From Minisyncoccota bacterium (GTDB lineage Bacteria; Patescibacteriota; Minisyncoccia; Phycocordibacterales; JABMNX01): a stretch of 64,000 nucleotides of DNA. Below, piece by piece: positions 58,954 to 64,000 of the stretch (within the stretch, counting starts at the first letter, position 1; each line of letters starts with the position of its first letter). Both the position numbers and the translations under genes were made by a program. The stretch is taken from contig OZ244961.1 in NCBI GenBank assembly GCA_965222715.1, positions 140,609-204,608 of the forward strand. Reading direction: 5' to 3'. The notes below the pieces were generated by a model, which was given only the letters and a program-made list of their open reading frames with translations, ran no database searches and was not told the origin of the DNA.

Positions 58954-59039
58954 AACATTTTTCATACACCTTAGAATCCACCCCTCTTACTATTTCGTCA
59001 TATGAAGAAATAGTAAGATAGTGTGTTACGTAGAATCTG

Positions 59040-59966
59040 TTAATGGTTCTTTAGAAATTTTGACACAAAGCTCTCCATTTTTTTTATTTCACTTGGGTGT
59101 AACCACTGGATATCACCATCTCGCTTGAACCACGTTCGCTGTCGTTTAGCATACTGCCATATCTTATTTCGCAACTCCTTAATCATATCTTCTTTGGACA
59201 TTTCTCCAGTAAGGTGTCGCGCCATATAACGATACTCAAGTCCAAGAGACTCCATTCGCTCCAACGATACTCCTTCTTGATTGAGTCGTTTTGCTTCATT
59301 AAGCATTCCTTCTTCAAGCCGTGCGGTAAGGCGGTTGTATATTTTTTCTTTTAATACTTCATCAGGCAGATCTAAACCAATTTTACATGCGAAGTAAGGG
59401 GTTTTGTGTACTTCTTGCGGGACACTACCGAGCGTCTCAGCTATTTCAATTGCGCGAATGATGCGCGGTCGATTGTGTATGTCTATAGTTTTTCTTCGTT
59501 CAGGGTCAAGTGCTTCAAGTCTCTCAAGTAATACATCTGTTTTTTGTGAATCAAGTACTTCTCGCAATTCTTTGTTTGGTGGTACTTCAGGAAAAGAGAC
59601 CTCTCCAAGAAGTGCCGAGAGATAAAACCCAGTGCCACCAGCAAGTATAGGGAGTTTTCCTCTCAAATCTATATCTTTGATTGCCTCATCTGCATCTTTT
59701 TTAAATTGAGAAGCAGTATAGGTTTCTGTTGGGTCAGCAACATTAAGAAGGTGGTGTGGTACTCGTTGCATCTCTTCCTGGGTAATTTTACCTGAGCCAA
59801 TGTCTAATCCACGGTATACCTGCCGAGAGTCCACTGAAATTACCTCACCATTAAATTTCTTAGCAAGAATTACAGCCACATCGCTCTTACCTGTCGCTGT
59901 TGGACCAACAACTATAAGCACCTTAAGAGGCTTTTGAGGTATATTTTCAGCCATATTTTTTGACAT
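59040..59966 (-). CDS. miaA: tRNA dimethylallyltransferase
   Basis: 'GPTATGKS', 'DSRQVYRG.DIGS.K', 'GGTGFY', 'YAKRQ.TWF'. Confidence 0.97.
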   Translation of the reverse strand: MSKNMAENIPQKPLKVLIVVGPTATGKSDVAVILAKKFNGEVISVDSRQVYRGLDIGSGKITQEEMQRVPHHLLNVADPTETYTASQFKKDADEAIKDIDLRGKLPILAGGTGFYLSALLGEVSFPEVPPNKELREVLDSQKTDVLLERLEALDPERRKTIDIHNRPRIIRAIEIAETLGSVPQEVHKTPYFACKIGLDLPDEVLKEKIYNRLTARLEEGMLNEAKRLNQEGVSLERMESLGLEYRYMARHLTGEMSKEDMIKELRNKIWQYAKRQRTWFKRDGDIQWLHPSEIKKMESFVSKFLKNH

Positions 59967-60026
59967 ACAGGTAAGTTTATTGATATACTATACCCACAAT
60001 TACTTAGTATAACCAGAATAAACATT

Positions 60027-60563
60027 ATGTCAGAAGTAACAACAGCTGAAGGGAAACAAGTACCAAGCGTAACTTTCAAAATGCGTGTACAGAACGAATC
60101 TGGAGAGTACGACTGGAAAGATGTTTCAAGCGATGAAATCTTTAAGAGTAAAAAAGTAGTCCTCTTTGCACTTCCTGGAGCATTTACTCCAACTTGTTCA
60201 TCAACTCACTTGCCAGGATATGAAGCAGCATATGATGAGCTCAAAGGTCTTGGAGTGGACGAGGTGTATTGTCTCTCAGTAAATGATGCATTTGTGATGA
60301 ATGCATGGGGGAAGGATCAGGGAGTGAAAAATGTAAAACTCATTCCTGATGGAAGTGGAGAATTTACTCGTGGTATTGGTATGATGGTCAAGAAAGACAA
60401 TCTTGGTTTTGGAGATCGAAGTTGGCGTTATAGCTTCTACGCAGAAGACGGCGAAATTAAGAAGATGTTCGTTGAGCCAGGTTTCGAAGATAACTGTCCT
60501 ACTGATCCATTTGAGGTCTCAGATGCAGAGACTATGAAAAATTACCTTAAAGAACAAGCATAA
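60027..60563 (+). CDS. Peroxiredoxin (Prx5 family)
   Basis: 'LPGAFTPTCS..HLPG', 'SVNDAFVM.AW', 'RSWRY'. Confidence 0.95.
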   Translation: MSEVTTAEGKQVPSVTFKMRVQNESGEYDWKDVSSDEIFKSKKVVLFALPGAFTPTCSSTHLPGYEAAYDELKGLGVDEVYCLSVNDAFVMNAWGKDQGVKNVKLIPDGSGEFTRGIGMMVKKDNLGFGDRSWRYSFYAEDGEIKKMFVEPGFEDNCPTDPFEVSDAETMKNYLKEQA

Positions 60564-60592
60564 CAATAGTTTGCTAGAAAAAAAATAAAAAT

Positions 60593-60618
60593 AAACGCCA
60601 AGAGTACTCTTGGCGTTT
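60593..60618. repeat. 26-bp palindrome family copy (consensus)
   Basis: AAACGCCAAGAGTACTCTTGGCGTTT (perfect). Confidence 0.88.
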
Positions 60619-60693
60619 ATTTTTGAGTATAAAAAGAAAACGGCGACTCTCTATTGCTAGAAGGTCGCCGTTTGTGTGTCAGAAGTATGTATT

Positions 60694-61980
60694 TCAACAC
60701 TTCAAACCAAGTTCCTCGACAACGATACGCCGCACTTCTTGCGCAGGATCATCGGCGTTGATGATTTGTCTGCCAGAGACGATTGCGTTTGCGCCAGCTT
60801 CCATTGCTTCAGTTGGGGCCATCACACGTTTTTGGTCGTTCGTTTCAGCTTCGGGGGAACGAACTCCTGGGGTAACTCCAAAGAGATCAGGATATTTCCC
60901 CTTAACTTTCCCAATCTCTTTGGGCGAACAGACGATACTGCCGACATTGACTGCGTCGACAAGCTCTACGAGACGAAGAACTTGCGTCATCGACTTGCGG
61001 CCAAAAATTTCACCACAGTCATCGTCGCTGAGGGATGTGAGCACCGTTACGGCAAGAGTTTTGATACCGTGCGGGTGGAGCATATCCACTGCCTTTTGCA
61101 TCATCGCTCGACCGCCCGATGCATGGATCGTTAGCGCCCATGGATAGAATTTGGGATCCATGTCGATGATATGTTGGCAGTAGTTCCCGATCGTGTTGGG
61201 TATGTCATGCAGCTTCGGGTCGAGCATGACAGGACCGTACACGGCCAAGTCTTCAGCGATGGCAAAGCCCTCTTTGAGGAGCAGGTCGTTGACCTTGAGG
61301 CCACAACCTGTTCCTTGGAGTGAGGAAGCCAGCTGGAGCGCTGTTTGACGATTCATTCCATCAAGCGCCACAATGACTTTTGGATCTTCGTGGCCAATTG
61401 GAACGAAGATCTCTTTCCGAACGTCGTGCAGCGTTGCACCAGCCCAGACGTCCATATCTACGCCGTGTTCTTGGAACATTTGTTGCCACCCCTGCTCGCG
61501 ATCAACAAGGACCACAAGTATTGGTGTTGCACCAGCGGCGCGGATTGCATGATAAGCATCCAGTTTGGATGCCCCGTCGGTAATCACGTCGTCGAGGATG
61601 GCGACGCGTTCTCCGGCAAAGATCTCACCGATCAACTTAGCATTCCCGACTCGGCCGCTCTTCTCAGTTTCTCGGATAGTGGCATACGGAATACCGGTCA
61701 TGTACGAAACAACACCGGCGATACCACTTACCGAAGAAGGAACCTCAACAAATCGATCGACGTCGAGTCGTCGAAGAGCGTTGGCGTAAATGCGTGCCAA
61801 CGGTCCAGTTGATTCCGGGGCCGAGCGATGGTCACGTATGTTGATGTAGGTGTCGGTCGTGCCACCTTTTTTGAGTGGCAGACCTCTTGAAGGGTCGTAT
61901 TTCAACAACCCAGGATGAGATCGGATGAGCTGAATTGCGGCCCGTTGTTCAGGTCGCGTGAGAAATGTCACATGCTCCAC
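60694..61980 (-). CDS. Bifunctional orotate phosphoribosyltransferase / OMP decarboxylase (PyrE-PyrF fusion)
   Basis: PRPP motif 'ILDDVITDGAS', 'VLVDREQG'; OMPDC 'IVALD', 'DPKLHDIPNT', 'VTVLTS', 'VTPGVR', 'GRQI'. Confidence 0.9.
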   Translation of the reverse strand: MEHVTFLTRPEQRAAIQLIRSHPGLLKYDPSRGLPLKKGGTTDTYINIRDHRSAPESTGPLARIYANALRRLDVDRFVEVPSSVSGIAGVVSYMTGIPYATIRETEKSGRVGNAKLIGEIFAGERVAILDDVITDGASKLDAYHAIRAAGATPILVVLVDREQGWQQMFQEHGVDMDVWAGATLHDVRKEIFVPIGHEDPKVIVALDGMNRQTALQLASSLQGTGCGLKVNDLLLKEGFAIAEDLAVYGPVMLDPKLHDIPNTIGNYCQHIIDMDPKFYPWALTIHASGGRAMMQKAVDMLHPHGIKTLAVTVLTSLSDDDCGEIFGRKSMTQVLRLVELVDAVNVGSIVCSPKEIGKVKGKYPDLFGVTPGVRSPEAETNDQKRVMAPTEAMEAGANAIVSGRQIINADDPAQEVRRIVVEELGLKC

Positions 61981-62101
61981 TTTACGTCTCCTTTGTTGGT
62001 TTTGTGGAAGGACTCTATATCCACAGAAACCCTACTTGAATAGGGTATAAAAATCAAGCTATACAACTTGCAAGACACGGTTTTGATTTTCCTTCACAGA
62101 G

Positions 62102-62354
62102 TGCTGGAGGGGAGACTCGAACTCCGACAAACAGTACTTTAAGTACTGTTTGTCTTCTAATTGAAACTGCAATTTTGAGACCATCAGTAGTCTTCTGCAC
62201 AAATGGTGCCGCGGGAGAGAATCGAACTCTCACCTCTTGCGAGACACGATTTTGAGTCGTGCGCGTCTACCAATTCCGCCACCGCGGCATCATTTGTGTA
62301 TAAAACCTCTTAATGATACACCGTATCATTAAGTACCGATTCCACCACTCCAGC
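62102..62354 (-). other. Split tRNA-Leu-like shell enclosing tRNA-Leu(CAA)
   Basis: 5' half GCTGGAGTGGTGGAATCGGTA (62354-62334) and 3' half GGAGTTCGAGTCTCCCCTCCAGCA (62125-62102) form a perfect 7-bp acceptor stem. Confidence 0.8.
62204..62288 (-). tRNA. tRNA-Leu(CAA), CCA encoded
   Basis: Acceptor GCCGCGG/CCGCGGC; anticodon arm CACGA-CTCAAAA-TCGTG. Confidence 0.96.
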
Positions 62355-62418
62355 AATACAGAAGAGTGTACAGAAATGTATGATGTAAGGCAATGTAATG
62401 ATACAATACACGGTAATT

Positions 62419-63453
62419 ATGGAAGCAGAACACTTTTACAACGATTCGATTTTTTGGGTTGAGCTTGAAAAGATTCACCCGAACCCATTTCAGCCACGAA
62501 AAGAGTTTAATGAAGCTAAGCTAAGTGAGCTTGCTGATTCAATTCGTCAGTACGGTGTACTTCAACCACTCGTTGTTACTCGTCGTGAAAAAGAAAAAGA
62601 AGATGGAGGTCTTGCTGTTGAGTATGAACTCATTGCTGGTGAGCGACGGCTACGCGCCTCACGGTTAGCTGGACTTTCACAGATTCCTGTTATTATCCGC
62701 ACCAGCGACGAGACAGACAAGATGAAGCTCGAACTTGCGATCATTGAGAACTTACAACGTGAAGACCTTAATCCAATCGATCGAGCAAAGGCATTCAAAC
62801 GTCTCGTTGATGAATTTGGGTTAAAGCATGGAGAAGTAGGGAAGAAAGTAGGAAAGAGCCGCGAATACGTTTCAAATACACTGCGACTCTTACTCATGCC
62901 AGAAGAAATACAACAAGCACTTTCTGACGGAAGCATCTCTGAAGGACATGCCCGACCAATATTGATGCTTACGGGGAAAGACGATGAGCAGAAAACACTC
63001 TTTAAGGAAATAATGTACAAGAAGCTTACCGTACGGGAAGCGGAAGAGATTGCACGTCGCATTGCAACAGATCGAGTTCGCAAGAAAGAAAATGCACTTA
63101 GCCCTGAATTAATCGCACTTGAAGAAGAGTTAACGCAGAAACTTGGTACACGAGTACAGATTGAAGAGCGTGAAGGTGGTGGGCGAGTGCACATTGATTA
63201 TTTTTCAGTTGATGATTTGCGCAATATTCTAGAGAAGATAGAGGGTGAGCAGAACAAAGGCTTTTTAGAACGTCTAACCTCTTTTACGCAAGGAACGCAG
63301 CAAACTACTCAAACAGAAGTACGTGAGAAAACAGATATTACTCATGATGGTGCTGAAGAACAAAAAACCCCAATTGATGATAGATCTGAAAAAGAGAAAG
63401 AAAAAGAAGAAAACGACGAAGATCTCTACTCAGTTAAAAACTTCTCTATTTAG
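62419..63453 (+). CDS. parB: ParB/Spo0J chromosome partitioning protein
   Basis: 'PNPFQPRK.F', 'IAGERR.RA', 'IENLQREDLNP', HTH. Confidence 0.93.
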   Translation: MEAEHFYNDSIFWVELEKIHPNPFQPRKEFNEAKLSELADSIRQYGVLQPLVVTRREKEKEDGGLAVEYELIAGERRLRASRLAGLSQIPVIIRTSDETDKMKLELAIIENLQREDLNPIDRAKAFKRLVDEFGLKHGEVGKKVGKSREYVSNTLRLLLMPEEIQQALSDGSISEGHARPILMLTGKDDEQKTLFKEIMYKKLTVREAEEIARRIATDRVRKKENALSPELIALEEELTQKLGTRVQIEEREGGGRVHIDYFSVDDLRNILEKIEGEQNKGFLERLTSFTQGTQQTTQTEVREKTDITHDGAEEQKTPIDDRSEKEKEKEENDEDLYSVKNFSI

Positions 63454-63476
63454 TACACCTTCATTTAAATACCACC

Positions 63477-64000
63477 TTACTTTTTTTGGAGGGCGTTTCT
63501 AATGTGGCGCTTTGCAAGTGTTGTCTTAGCATAATCCAACCATTTGCGAGTCGGTTTACTTTTCTCTTTGGTGTGTATTTCAACAATATCACCGTTTTGA
63601 AGTTTTGTGTCTATTGAGGCCATTTTGTTATTAATTTTCACGCCGGATATATGATCACCGATATCTGAGTGTATCGCGTAGGCAAAATCAATAGGGCTTG
63701 AATCGATTGGCAAATCAATCACATCACCATCTGGTGTAAAGGTAAAGACACGGTGACTAAAGAAATCATTCTTAATATCACTTAAATACTCTTCTCGTTC
63801 TTTTTTAGATAAATCATTTCGTTCATCGGCAACCTGTTTAATCCACTCAGGAACTGCCATATTAAATTCATTTTCTTTTTTGTTTTTAGCAGTTTCTTCA
63901 TTTCGTAAGTTAGGGAAAAACTGTCGCACCCATTCAATACCAGCCGCTTTTTCTCCACGTTGCTGTGCTTTGTATGCCAAATGTGAGGCAATACCAAACT
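63477..64000 (-). CDS. RelA/SpoT family protein, C-terminal part with TGS domain (runs off the window end)
   Basis: 'GIASHLAYK', 'VFTFTPDGDVIDLP..SSPIDFAYAIHS.IG'. Confidence 0.88.
   Translation of the reverse strand, partial: FGIASHLAYKAQQRGEKAAGIEWVRQFFPNLRNEETAKNKKENEFNMAVPEWIKQVADERNDLSKKEREEYLSDIKNDFFSHRVFTFTPDGDVIDLPIDSSPIDFAYAIHSDIGDHISGVKINNKMASIDTKLQNGDIVEIHTKEKSKPTRKWLDYAKTTLAKRHIRNALQKK

Noticed and set aside
62102-62354. Outer tRNA-like shell as tmRNA
   Set aside because: No G3-U70 alanine identity pair, a Leu-type D loop, and the interior is a full tRNA rather than a tag ORF.

Overview
A 64-kb stretch of a small-genome bacterium. The gene set and style point to Patescibacteria/CPR (Parcubacteria-like); this is inferred from VirB2/TrbC-like pilin arrays, a short IF-2, class II RNR, CPR-type bS21 and many apparently leaderless genes. 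Most of the window is housekeeping: secG, groESL, lemA/htpX, nrdJ, rnpB, murJ, lepA, valS, tsaD, trxB, ftsZA, ybeY, lepB, pth, rpsA, gyrA, rbfA, infB, a cysteine desulfurase, clpB, rpmG, miaA, parB and a partial relA/spoT. It also holds 13 intact tRNA genes. The main unexplained signal is non-coding. Most tRNAs carry attached 100-250 bp structured elements that duplicate part of the host tRNA, repeatedly breaking at the T55|C56 junction of the T-loop. These elements contain an antisense segment tailored to their own tRNA, and four of them share a conserved core with compensatory base changes. One tRNA-Leu(CAA) is nested inside the two halves of a different tRNA-Leu. Other observations: a dispersed 26-bp palindrome family, a MITE inserted at the valS start, a direct-repeat-flanked HEPN-like gene beside tRNA-Ser, GC-rich orphan genes (diguanylate cyclase, PyrE-PyrF fusion, a secreted repeat protein) and several apparent pseudoenzymes. 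No integrase, transposase or CRISPR array was recognised. All calls come from reading the sequence; no database search was run.
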